This document shows, in pieces, positions 18,724 through 26,766 of a stretch of 64,000 nucleotides of DNA (position 1 is its first letter; every line of letters begins with the position of its first letter). Source of the stretch: an uncultured Candidatus Micrarchaeota archaeon (GTDB lineage Archaea > Micrarchaeota > Micrarchaeia > Burarchaeales > Fermentimicrarchaeaceae). The notes under the pieces are model-generated. The model ran no database searches and had not been told where the DNA came from. It worked only from the letters and a program-made list of their open reading frames with translations. The position numbers and the translations under genes were made by a program. The stretch covers positions 8,308-72,307 of the forward strand of contig CAVXDX010000012.1 of NCBI GenBank assembly GCA_963760615.1. The letters are read 5' to 3'.

Positions 18724-19026
18724 CTAAAAACTGATTTTCACTCCTAAGAGCATTAGGAGGAGTATAGTTGCCAGTCCCGGAAGACCGAATAATGCCACAG
18801 GCACTATGGTTGGCCATATGGGGATAGCTTGTAGGGATTGGATGTGCAAAGATGTCCCTATTATATTGAGTAGGAAGAGGCATACAACCCCCACTATGGA
18901 GTTGAGTATGATTGTTAGGAGCCACTTGAATCCCACTCTTGCCAGCTTGAAGAAAAGCACTATCCCAATTACTAAAAAGAATATGAATACCAATGAAGTG
19001 CAGATTAACGCAATGTCAAATGCCAT
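18724..19026 (-). CDS. BofA-like small membrane protein
   Basis: NSIVGVVCLFLLN...IPIWPTIVPVALFGLPG pattern. Confidence 0.65.
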   Translation of the reverse strand: MAFDIALICTSLVFIFFLVIGIVLFFKLARVGFKWLLTIILNSIVGVVCLFLLNIIGTSLHIQSLQAIPIWPTIVPVALFGLPGLATILLLMLLGVKISF

Positions 19027-19075
19027 AATACCACCTAGGAGTTATCTCAGATGGGGTTTAAAAGTTTGACGCATT

Positions 19076-19474
19076 CTATTCAGTTGTTCTGCCGTCAAAC
19101 TCCTCCGGGCTTGCAATTGCCTCTGCCTTTGTCTTCCTCACTACTTTGTCTTGGTGCTCGGGAGGGGAGTAAATGGTGTAGAGCTTGAGCTCCGAAGTTT
19201 TGGATGTATTGATCACGTTATGCTTTGCGCCCGCAGGGACTATTACTCCATCCCCATCCTTGACAGGGTATTCATTTCCGTCAATAACCACCTTTCCCTC
19301 TCCTGCTTCAAATCTGAAGAACTGATCCCTATCCTTGTGCACCTCCATGCCTATCTCTTCCATGGGCTTGAGGTTCATCAAGACCAGCTGGCTGTTCTTC
19401 CCGGTGTACAAAACTCTGCGGAAATCTGAGTTTTTCCTAGTCTCCTTTTCAAGAGCTGTTGCATACCCTTTCAT
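19076..19474 (-). CDS. Cupin-domain protein
   Basis: EIGMEVH...DQFFRFEAGEG and VPAGAKHNVIN; LYTIYSPPEH. Confidence 0.85.
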   Translation of the reverse strand: MKGYATALEKETRKNSDFRRVLYTGKNSQLVLMNLKPMEEIGMEVHKDRDQFFRFEAGEGKVVIDGNEYPVKDGDGVIVPAGAKHNVINTSKTSELKLYTIYSPPEHQDKVVRKTKAEAIASPEEFDGRTTE

Positions 19475-19617
19475 ATTCGTCACCTCTCAGTTACGATTTC
19501 AGTTTCAAGGTATATTAATATTGACTATATTCGAGTAAAGCTAGCTTGAATATTTAAAAGAGATACATACGCCAGTTTGGGACAGACTCTGTTTCTTTAG
19601 GTTTTATAAAGACAAAA

Positions 19618-19628
19618 AGGCATAATTT
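19618..19628 (+). promoter_or_regulatory. AGGCATAATTT promoter-proximal element
   Basis: 7 nt after TATA TTTATAAA, 4 nt before ATG 19633; recurs at 20528 and 23965. Confidence 0.65.
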
Positions 19629-19632
19629 AACC

Positions 19633-20505
19633 ATGCCAGAAAACGTCAAATTTACGGAAGAGCGAAACTCGGAAGAAAAGGTACCGAGAAGGGAGCACCT
19701 CCAGCCTATCAAGGAGATTATCCACCAATTACATAAAAAGAAATTTGTCGAGCCAAGTTCAGTGAAAGCTGTGCTGCTGTATATAGAAATGGATTGGGGG
19801 AGCGGTGAGCTGCAGAAATGGGCTGATGAGGTTGAACGGAAAAAAGAGAGACTAGAAAAAAAGTTTAAGGTAAATGAGAAGCTCACCACTGAGATAAAAA
19901 GCATAATTGAGAGAGTGGGCACAGGTGTTCTAAGCGAGGATGAAATGAAAGAGGCTGAGAGGAGATTCAAAGGAGCGAAATATGCGTGGAGCCGCTATTC
20001 CATTATCCCTCTTATTGTCAAGGGTGGGCAAACAGCAGGCCATATTGAGCTGCTTAGAACTGCCCCGTTATTGGATGAGGTAGCGAGTTACGGGATAAAA
20101 CTTCACGAGTCCGCCCATTTTATTCATCTTTTCATAGTTGAGAAGCGCCTTGAGAGCGGGGATATCAAAGACCCGATAATGAAAAGGCTTTATGAGTACA
20201 TGCACGGGAAATATAGCAACGAGATAATTGATGCCGCGGTGCGCGGCTATATCGGCCCGCGATATCAGGAGACCGTGGCGGAGGCTCTCATGTACTGCGT
20301 GCTGCACAAGGGCGAAACACCTGACAAGCACAGGGATTTCAGGGTGGCTGACGAATTCAGGCTGCTCGGACATGACGTCAAGGAGCTGGGAAACCTTTTC
20401 AAAAGCAACCCTGAGACATTCAGAAAGCTCGTGGAAAACCCCTCATGGTGGGTGGAAGCTGGCAGCGTTGAAAAACTTGTTGAAAAGTTGAAGGAACCGG
20501 GCTAG
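19633..20505 (+). CDS. Orphan protein with HExxH zincin metallopeptidase motif
   Basis: LHESAH and downstream ETVAEAL candidate third ligand; no signal peptide. Confidence 0.6.
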   Translation: MPENVKFTEERNSEEKVPRREHLQPIKEIIHQLHKKKFVEPSSVKAVLLYIEMDWGSGELQKWADEVERKKERLEKKFKVNEKLTTEIKSIIERVGTGVLSEDEMKEAERRFKGAKYAWSRYSIIPLIVKGGQTAGHIELLRTAPLLDEVASYGIKLHESAHFIHLFIVEKRLESGDIKDPIMKRLYEYMHGKYSNEIIDAAVRGYIGPRYQETVAEALMYCVLHKGETPDKHRDFRVADEFRLLGHDVKELGNLFKSNPETFRKLVENPSWWVEAGSVEKLVEKLKEPG

Positions 20506-20527
20506 TGACAATCTTAAAAAGGAGAAA

Positions 20528-20538
20528 AGGCATAATTT
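20528..20538 (+). promoter_or_regulatory. AGGCATAATTT promoter-proximal element
   Basis: 7 nt after CTTAAAAA, 5 nt before ATG 20544. Confidence 0.65.
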
Positions 20539-20543
20539 AGGAT

Positions 20544-21509
20544 ATGCCAGCATACAAGAAAGAGAAGGCGGAGGGCATATCAGAAAGCCACCCTGCTTCG
20601 AAAGTTGACGTCTTCCCAGACCACCTAAACACCAAGATTGGGGATTACAAAGTTCGCATAGACAAGGATGGGGTAAAAGCAAGGAAGGAAGTAAAGGACC
20701 TGACGGTTCAACTTGCGCGGATGGATTATGAACAGTGGTATTACCCGTCGTTAGGTCCGAATTTTGTAGATAAGAAAGAAATTAAGGTGCCTTCCATTGA
20801 TCTTGTCGTATCGTTCAGTTTTGAAGACCTATCCAGTATAGCCGAGTTGAAGCCTAATGAGCTTAAGGGATATCCTGAAAGGACCTCCCAAAATTGGATA
20901 AATGTGAACGTTTCTGCAAAATTCCTTATTGACGATAGGGAGATGGATATGAAAGGATTCACCAGGGGAGTTGTCAAGCATTCAATGCCTCGTTGGCTTA
21001 CTGACGCCAAGGAATCCAAGCTTCGTGATGCCATTATTCTTGATGATGATTTCCGCGGCAAGCTTGCCGGTGACATCAGGATGCTTGCCAGGAAGGTTGA
21101 CTGGATGCTGAAATTCGACCCAAATGCCTCTGTGTCATTCAAAGCGCTAATGGCTGCAAAGAAGGCGGGGATAGAAAACTTCGACAGAGAAGTCGAGAGT
21201 CTGACAATACAGGTTTTGGAAATATCAGAGAAATGCGATGTTTTCAAGAACCCGGACGCCCTGCTTCAACTGGCCGTTAAGGCAAGGGAACAGGAAAATG
21301 GCGAAGCCATAGTTCTTAAACTTGGCGTCGACCTTTTCATGGCAGCCCAATTCATCCGAGATGAAGCTAATAAGACGACTGACCCCGCTGCCAAGGCTTT
21401 CCGGGAAAACCAGGCAAAAAAACTGTATGCGCTTAGCCAGCTATTCCATGATTACGCTCTAAAGGACTTGAATGAAAAGAGAGACAAGAAGTCCAAGAAG
21501 GAGTCATAG
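20544..21509 (+). CDS. Hypothetical protein (orphan)
   Basis: 321-aa ORF with own promoter; beta-rich N-half, helical C-half; no motif recognised. Confidence 0.75.
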   Translation: MPAYKKEKAEGISESHPASKVDVFPDHLNTKIGDYKVRIDKDGVKARKEVKDLTVQLARMDYEQWYYPSLGPNFVDKKEIKVPSIDLVVSFSFEDLSSIAELKPNELKGYPERTSQNWINVNVSAKFLIDDREMDMKGFTRGVVKHSMPRWLTDAKESKLRDAIILDDDFRGKLAGDIRMLARKVDWMLKFDPNASVSFKALMAAKKAGIENFDREVESLTIQVLEISEKCDVFKNPDALLQLAVKAREQENGEAIVLKLGVDLFMAAQFIRDEANKTTDPAAKAFRENQAKKLYALSQLFHDYALKDLNEKRDKKSKKES

Positions 21510-21561
21510 ACGTTTTTCTGACATTTCTGAAATCATCTAGGCTTTCTTCTGGTTGAGGTAA

Positions 21562-21577
21562 TGTAACTATGGTTACA
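21562..21577. promoter_or_regulatory. Palindrome TGTAAC-TATG-GTTACA (candidate operator)
   Basis: Inverted repeat upstream of the 21642 promoter; same arms at 23927 and 27723. Confidence 0.65.
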
Positions 21578-21641
21578 CAAACTACATGGAAAGGAAGTCA
21601 GTTTCTTTATGGTTTATAAGCTTAAAACGAGCAATTTTAGC

Positions 21642-22943
21642 ATGCCAGAAGCGCACAAGAAAGCAGTCTATACGCAGTCCTTGATAGACAACCCTAAGCT
21701 TTCAGAAGACAAGGTAACCGGTGAGTTCAAGGGATTCCCACTAGAATACAGGAACGGCGTGATATACCTAAGCAAGGAATACCACCACATACATGCAATT
21801 ATAGAGTGGTGGGATGAGGGAACGAAGGATTTTATCAAGAGACCGGTGGTATTCGATTCAGTCAAGGTTACTGCGGAATTCAGGGGGAAGGAATTCGCAC
21901 ATGGATTCTACGGGGAGGATATAACAATTGACTGCGGTTACGCCACTGCGGAATTCAAGCTTGACGGGAAGAAGTACAAGGTGGATTACGGCATATTTGA
22001 AGGCGACAATTCTAGTTGGTATCTGAACTACTACTCGGACTTCGACAATGACAAGAAAAGACTGTATTTCATGCGTCATTTCAACAGCAGAGTCATGGAT
22101 GATTTCGTCCCATTCAGGGACCATGGGCTTGTGGATGTCCTCAGGTTTGACAAGCATGTTGCTCCGCTCTTCGAAATTGAGCTGGAAACAAGAAAGAAAA
22201 AGCATGAACTGGTTGAAGACTTGAAGCTGGAGGCGCAACAGATTGGCAGGCAATACGACATAGAAAGAAACCCCCTTCCTCTGCAGCCGATATTCAAGAG
22301 GGCCAAGGAAGCAGGGGTGGTTGATAAACTCATAGGCGGACTGAGGAGGTGGGCCATGGACAGAAGAGAGCACATGTCAGATTGGGGAGAGGAGACGAGG
22401 TGGGTTTCGATTGAAGAGATTGCAAGCGGAAGGAGAAGGGAGAGCTTTGAGGACTTGGCAAGGAGGACTCAGGCAGAGAGGCTTGACAAGATAGCAGATG
22501 CGCTTCAGAAGTTCAACCAGAAACCCACTAAACAGCAGGAGAAGGAATCTGCGGAATGGCTTGCCTTCGACAATGCGTTGAAGAAGGTTGATGGAATGAT
22601 GGCTGAGGAAAAGGACTGGAGCAGGGATACTGGTAAATTTGCCGCTCGTGTCATTGAGGAGATAAAGCCCATATGCGAGCCGAGAAAGTTTGCGGAAACC
22701 CTGAAAAGACTCATGGAGTTCAAGAAGGATGATGGAGTGGTTGAGCAACTCTCTGCACTTTACAGCCCTATGTATTTCAGGAACTTCATCAGAATGATGG
22801 GTGGGGATATCAGCAATGAGGAACTTGAGGAGCTGTTCGGAAAGGGAAAGGAGCGCCTGGGAGAGTATGTGAGAGGCGTGGCTGATGAGACCAAGGGGAG
22901 GGAGCTTCTTCTTTTGAGCGAGGAGATTCTGAAGAGATGCTGA
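21642..22943 (+). CDS. Hypothetical protein (orphan)
   Basis: Long ORF; start MPEAHKK chosen from TATA (21613) geometry; no motif recognised. Confidence 0.75.
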   Translation: MPEAHKKAVYTQSLIDNPKLSEDKVTGEFKGFPLEYRNGVIYLSKEYHHIHAIIEWWDEGTKDFIKRPVVFDSVKVTAEFRGKEFAHGFYGEDITIDCGYATAEFKLDGKKYKVDYGIFEGDNSSWYLNYYSDFDNDKKRLYFMRHFNSRVMDDFVPFRDHGLVDVLRFDKHVAPLFEIELETRKKKHELVEDLKLEAQQIGRQYDIERNPLPLQPIFKRAKEAGVVDKLIGGLRRWAMDRREHMSDWGEETRWVSIEEIASGRRRESFEDLARRTQAERLDKIADALQKFNQKPTKQQEKESAEWLAFDNALKKVDGMMAEEKDWSRDTGKFAARVIEEIKPICEPRKFAETLKRLMEFKKDDGVVEQLSALYSPMYFRNFIRMMGGDISNEELEELFGKGKERLGEYVRGVADETKGRELLLLSEEILKRC

Positions 22944-23064
22944 ACAGCCAGCACACGGGCTCCTGACAGGAAGTTTGGGAGGGGGCAGCAGACGATTAGC
23001 GGAAAGTTACCCCTTGCCAATGTTTTTAAACGACAAACCTAGTATCAATACAGAGGCGGGGTAA

Positions 23065-23511
23065 TTGGATGTTCTTTTAGATACAAATGTCTACCTGGCG
23101 CATATAAAAGGTGAAATGCAGGGCTCTCATGCAAAAATTATACTGGAAAGGGTGGCAGCAGGGGAGCTTGCCCTTTGCTACAACGGCATAATCCGGATGG
23201 AAATAGAGAGAAAGTATGGGTATTACCTAGAACCGTTTTGCGCCATACTCGAAGAGCTGAGAAAATTAGGCAGAGTTGTGGATGTTGAAATCACAAATGA
23301 GATGAGTGAAAAGGCAATACAACTCGATAGGAAGCTGATAAAATACAGAAGAGGAAAGGAAGAAAGATTCGGAAAGATTGATTGCTTGCTGATACTTCTT
23401 GCAAAGAAACATGGATGCATGCTTGTGACTATTGAGAAAGAATTAATTGAAGCCGCAAGAGAAGAGGGAGTCAAGGCAGTCAGTCCAATGGATCTAGCGA
23501 TGAGTTTCTAG
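23065..23511 (+). CDS. PIN-domain (VapC-like) ribonuclease toxin
   Basis: VLLDTNV, IRMEIE, GKIDCLLILLA, LVTIEKEL. Confidence 0.82.
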   Translation: MDVLLDTNVYLAHIKGEMQGSHAKIILERVAAGELALCYNGIIRMEIERKYGYYLEPFCAILEELRKLGRVVDVEITNEMSEKAIQLDRKLIKYRRGKEERFGKIDCLLILLAKKHGCMLVTIEKELIEAAREEGVKAVSPMDLAMSF

Positions 23512-23823
23512 GTTCGCTTCCTTTATGAGCATGCCCAGAGCTTTACGTTCATTGTTATCCGCCCTCTTTAGAAAATCTTTCCACAACGATTTTCTGGCTG
23601 CCCTTCCTAGTTTTGCTGCGCTCTTTGCTCTATCTCGTTTAACACTCCCGAAAGTCTCCTCAATAATCTTTAATGCCCTTTGTCTTAAAAGTTCAGTCTT
23701 TCCTAATTTACTCATATCTTTTACGGCCTCACTTCTAGAGGTATAGTATCCTTCTTTAACCAGAATATCTATCTCCTCAACGTCTTTTACTGCATACCGA
23801 ACTGGTACGACAATGGATTTCAT
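23494..23823 (-). CDS. Ribbon-helix-helix (CopG/VapB-like) protein
   Basis: IVVPVRY..KDVEEIDILVKEGYYTSRSEAVKD; convergent with the PIN gene. Confidence 0.8.
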   Translation of the reverse strand: MKSIVVPVRYAVKDVEEIDILVKEGYYTSRSEAVKDMSKLGKTELLRQRALKIIEETFGSVKRDRAKSAAKLGRAARKSLWKDFLKRADNNERKALGMLIKEANLETHR

Positions 23824-23843
23824 TGTATACTAAAGCGTATACA
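23824..23843. promoter_or_regulatory. Inverted repeat TGTATAC-N6-GTATACA, likely RHH autoregulatory operator
   Basis: Lies between the TATA box and ATG of the RHH gene. Confidence 0.55.
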
Positions 23844-23926
23844 GTATTTAAAAGCTTTTGCTGTTCGTATTAAGCCGAATTGTTATTTCATCAAGATTGA
23901 TAGAATGACCAAGAGGGACGGGGGAA

Positions 23927-23942
23927 TGTAACCCGGGTTACA
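23927..23942. promoter_or_regulatory. Perfect palindrome TGTAACCCGGGTTACA
   Basis: 7 nt upstream of TATA CTTAAATA of the 23981 ORF. Confidence 0.65.
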
Positions 23943-23964
23943 AAGCAGGCTTAAATATCGGGAA

Positions 23965-23975
23965 AGGCATAATTT
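23965..23975 (+). promoter_or_regulatory. AGGCATAATTT promoter-proximal element
   Basis: 7 nt after CTTAAATA, 5 nt before ATG 23981. Confidence 0.65.
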
Positions 23976-23980
23976 AAGGC

Positions 23981-24148
23981 ATGACAGAGGCAAAAAAGCC
24001 GGCTGCCAGCATGAGAAAAGATATAGAGCGGCAGCAGGAGAAGATGAGGGAGCTGTTCGACGAGCTCAAAGAAACCGTGAGCAAACCCAAATGGGATGAG
24101 AAGCCGAAGGGGTTCTTCACCGCGCTTGAGAAAAAGCTCGGCAACTAA
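23981..24148 (+). CDS. 55-aa charged protein (absent from ORF track)
   Basis: MTEAKKPAASMRKDIERQQEKMRELFDELKETVSKPKWDEKPKGFFTALEKKLGN; has the shared promoter and palindrome. Confidence 0.6.
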   Translation: MTEAKKPAASMRKDIERQQEKMRELFDELKETVSKPKWDEKPKGFFTALEKKLGN

Positions 24149-24350
24149 CCTTAAGGCAACGGATATAATACACTTTGTCACGGCGGGTGAATCAAAATGT
24201 AACATTATACTGACTTCAGATGATGACTTTATTTCAGAAGGTACAAGATTTCTAAAGATGAAAAAAGAAGATGACAAGCTAAAGTTCTGTAAGCCTATCG
24301 AAAAGAATGTGCTAGATGCAGTTGATAATCTCACTAAAAAAGTTCCTTAA
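24147..24350 (+). pseudogene. C-terminal remnant of a PIN-domain gene
   Basis: LKATDIIHFVTAGESKCNIILTSDDDF matches the PIN C-terminal half; no N-terminal DTN motif or credible start. Confidence 0.6.
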
Positions 24351-24385
24351 AGTATATAGATTTTTGTGTATAATATAGCATCCGT

Positions 24386-24658
24386 GAATCACTCGAAACC
24401 GTCCGGTTTTGCCAGAAAAAGCAAAAAAAGCGGTAAAATCCGGCAGAACAGGCAGTATCTCTCCAACTTCTTCAAAAATCCTGAAAAGCCAGCCTAGACC
24501 GGAGAAGCCGGCTCAGGCGTAAGCCTCTTCCGGCTGCGCCAAAGCGCAGCAAGTGTTAGTTTGACCGTTTCACGATGAAGAGAAAAAGCAGGTGAAACGG
24601 TAACCGATGCTGCTCAGACGTAAGCATATTCCGAACTGCCTACCGTTTCGACCGATTC
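24386..24658 (+). ncRNA. Candidate structured ncRNA of unknown family
   Basis: Seven nested helices including 10-bp ACCGTTTCAC/GTGAAACGGT, AGGCAGT/ACTGCCT and GCTGCGC/GCGCAGC; A-rich loops; TATA-like sequence upstream. Confidence 0.5.
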
Positions 24659-24746
24659 TACAGACGTGTTTTATACCCTAGCAGAAATTTGAAAAAAAGC
24701 AGAAAGCTTACGCTATACTCGCAGTCAATGACTACTGCCCACCTCC

Positions 24747-24938
24747 CTACTTACTCAGAGCTTTTGCTATTACTATCAGAACTGGTGTTATGATTGTCAG
24801 TGCTACTGCAGCTGTTATAACTTGTAGTATCTGAGAACCTAGTGGATTACTGGTTGTTATTAGATAGAGTGCTGCTAGTACGATGATTGCAACTGTTCCA
24901 CTTGCAATTCCAATTCCAAATATCTTCAGTGAACTCAT
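24747..24938 (-). CDS. 63-aa two-helix hydrophobic protein
   Basis: SD GGAGGTGAA then ATG; MSSLKIFGIG...IITPVLIVIAKALSK. Confidence 0.65.
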   Translation of the reverse strand: MSSLKIFGIGIASGTVAIIVLAALYLITTSNPLGSQILQVITAAVALTIITPVLIVIAKALSK

Positions 24939-25267
24939 GCCTTTCACCTCCAGCCCTTACTCGCTAGAAAGGTTTTTAAATCGCCTCTTACAAAACTAGT
25001 AACAGTTATGTAAGAGGTGGTAGCGGGAGAGGTCATGGTTACACGTGTACCCTCCCCCATCTCTTTCTAGTTTTCAAAACTGCTATAATTTTGGAAGTAA
25101 AAGTTTTAATAACATATTGTCCAACAAATTCAGTCGCTCCGACGAGAAGATGCCGGAATGTGAGTTCTGCTGGTTCAATCGAAGTATTTTATACCCGAAT
25201 TGAAGATGCTGGTTTTTGTGCGAGTTGAGAGGCAGATATTTAAACCGAAAAATGCATAACTTATTCC

Positions 25268-25509
25268 GAGTGATGAGCCGGCAGCTTTCCCGCAAGGGAG
25301 GAAGTTCCACCCATCGCGAAGGCTGAGGGAACCTAAGGTTCGGACGGGAACAGAAACGAGACTGGCCGATTCAGATGAGGATGAAGCAATGAGATGGGTC
25401 GAGCCGGGTGAAACGCGCCCGTCGCAAAAGCAGGATGTGCGATGCAAGGCCTTTGAGCCGCTTAGTCCAATGCTGTCTAAAACAAAAGGTGGGCTATGGC
25501 TCGTCACTC
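25268..25509 (+). ncRNA. rnpB: RNase P RNA (type-M-like)
   Basis: 12-bp P1 GAGTGATGAGCC/GGCTCGTCACTC; GAGGAAGTTCCACCC and AACAAAAGGTGGGCTA (P4); P2 GGCAGC/GCTGTC; ACAGAAAC and GGTGAAAC conserved regions. Confidence 0.93.
25463..25509 (+). repeat. 47-bp direct repeat copy 1 (3' end of rnpB; att-like)
   Basis: TAGTCCAATGCTGTCTAAAACAAAAGGTGGGCTATGGCTCGTCACTC identical to 26703-26749. Confidence 0.95.
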
Positions 25510-26019
25510 TTTCTGCTTGCTTGGCTTCTTTATGACAGGTTTTTCCTCTGGCTTTGTTTTCTGTAAAGTAAGCGCAAGCGACCATCCGATGGTTACTCCG
25601 CAGACCCACAAAAACCCGAAGATTATAGGACTGATGTCGGAATGGTATATCGGGCACGCATCCAAAATTCCAAATAGGGGTTTGTTGTATGGCCTTCCGG
25701 AGGTGCAGTGGAAAATGAATGGTATCAGCGCCAGTATGGCAATGAAGAAAAGGAAAGTGAGAATCCCGCTGGCAATCAGATCTATTGAATCCAGATGGTA
25801 TATTCTCACCGCAGCGTAGCCGCCGCTGATAAAAATGATAAGGACAGCCAGCAGATACCCGAAGTAAAAGTTGCTTCCAAATGCAAATTGAGAGTAGCCC
25901 GGGAGAGAATCGTACATGGGCTCGGTTATTGCGTATATGAGAAATATCAAAGCCACTGGAATAAGCGATGCTTTCAGCATTTTCTTCCATTCCATGAGAC
26001 CACCCATCAGATATGCCAT
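25504..26019 (-). CDS. Hypothetical membrane protein (island cargo)
   Basis: Several TM segments; TATA TTTATAAA upstream; stop codon lies inside the rnpB repeat. Confidence 0.7.
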   Translation of the reverse strand: MAYLMGGLMEWKKMLKASLIPVALIFLIYAITEPMYDSLPGYSQFAFGSNFYFGYLLAVLIIFISGGYAAVRIYHLDSIDLIASGILTFLFFIAILALIPFIFHCTSGRPYNKPLFGILDACPIYHSDISPIIFGFLWVCGVTIGWSLALTLQKTKPEEKPVIKKPSKQKE

Positions 26020-26040
26020 TCCGAGATTTATAAAGTTTCA

Positions 26041-26061
26041 CACCGGGGGCTTTTTTTCCAG
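26041..26061. repeat. Element E copy 1, CACCGGGGGCTTTTTTTCCAG
   Basis: Matches 27700-27719 except for one T; both copies lie 5' of a minus-strand cargo gene. Confidence 0.8.
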
Positions 26062-26071
26062 CAGAATGCGC

Positions 26072-26383
26072 TTATAACTCCGTATGGATTACCTTGAGGA
26101 GCAGACCGTCCTTTATCTTTTCGAACAGCACAAGGTCCTTGTCATGAATCTTCTCCTCCTCAACCAGCTTCTCAGGCAGTGTGACCACTTTTGAATGCCC
26201 CACCACCCTCACCCTCCTGGCCAACGACTTCCTCCTGCCGGTCAGGACTTCCCACCTCAGCATTTCGCTTGAGGGAAAGAAGGTCTCGGAGCAGCCCTGG
26301 CACTTCCATCCTCTAATCCTGACGCCTTCGCTTACTTCCGTGTATTTTTTCAACGGTCCTTTGCAGATTGCGCATCTTTCCAT
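26072..26383 (-). CDS. YgiT/MqsA-type zinc finger + AbrB/MazE domain antitoxin-like protein
   Basis: CAICKG...GWKCQGCSETFF and RRVRVVGHSKVVTLPEKL. Confidence 0.78.
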   Translation of the reverse strand: MERCAICKGPLKKYTEVSEGVRIRGWKCQGCSETFFPSSEMLRWEVLTGRRKSLARRVRVVGHSKVVTLPEKLVEEEKIHDKDLVLFEKIKDGLLLKVIHTEL

Positions 26384-26388
26384 AAACA

Positions 26389-26634
26389 TCACCTCACAAG
26401 CTTCAGATGAATTAATATAATCTCCTTGTCAGTTTCGGCATAGACAAGCTCCCAAACTCCATTTTTTGCTTTCCTCTCAACCCTTACCTTCTCCTTGGAT
26501 TCCTTCTCATGCTCTCCTTTCTCCAGGATTTCCAGAACAAAATCCAGATTTTTCCTGTATATGTTGTAAAGTTCATTCTTGAAATGCCCTGTCTCAATCA
26601 AATCTTTGTTCTTGAATCGCAGCTCTTCAGGCAT
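26389..26634 (-). CDS. RelE/MqsR (DUF4258-like) toxin-like protein
   Basis: 81 aa, TGHF N-terminal motif, C-terminal beta strands WELVY...IILIHL; overlaps the start region of the zinc-finger partner. Confidence 0.6.
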   Translation of the reverse strand: MPEELRFKNKDLIETGHFKNELYNIYRKNLDFVLEILEKGEHEKESKEKVRVERKAKNGVWELVYAETDKEIILIHLKLVR

Positions 26635-26702
26635 ATATCTCAACTGAGTAAAGTATATACTCTTGGATATTTATATATCTTTCTATAATTGAGGCTTTGC
26701 TG

Positions 26703-26749
26703 TAGTCCAATGCTGTCTAAAACAAAAGGTGGGCTATGGCTCGTCACTC
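26703..26749 (+). repeat. 47-bp direct repeat copy 2 (duplicated rnpB 3' end)
   Basis: Identical to 25463-25509. Confidence 0.95.
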
Positions 26750-26766
26750 ATTATTGTTTATTGTGT

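Larger units (their letters stand above)
25510..26749. mobile_element. 1.24-kb integrase-less mini-island at the rnpB 3' end
   Basis: Bounded by the duplicated rnpB 3' end; carries a TA pair and a membrane protein. Confidence 0.65.

Noticed and set aside
24125-24150. Programmed frameshift fusing the 55-aa ORF to the PIN fragment
   Set aside because: GAAAAAG would give -1, but the PIN fragment is in the +1 frame, and the fusion would still lack the PIN N-terminal catalytic Asp
24386-24658. SRP RNA, tmRNA, group I/II intron or hammerhead identity for the structured region
   Set aside because: Lacks SRP helix-8 AGG/GNRA/AGCAG, tRNA-like ends, group I R/S elements, group II domain V and the CUGANGA...GAAA core in the correct topology
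25150-25260. MPECEFCW... zinc-finger with TGA read-through
   Set aside because: Only 17 codons before the stop, no SECIS or SD evidence, and it overlaps the rnpB promoter; likely chance or a decayed fragment
25175-26041. 288-aa minus-strand ORF and 25496-25819 plus-strand ORF
   Set aside because: They overlap rnpB and the membrane cargo gene and have implausible composition; treated as shadow ORFs
26041-26061. Element E as an ORB replication-origin box
   Set aside because: The G-string is on the wrong strand relative to TGGAAA, there is no TTCCAxTGGAA dyad, and no cdc6/orc1 is nearby
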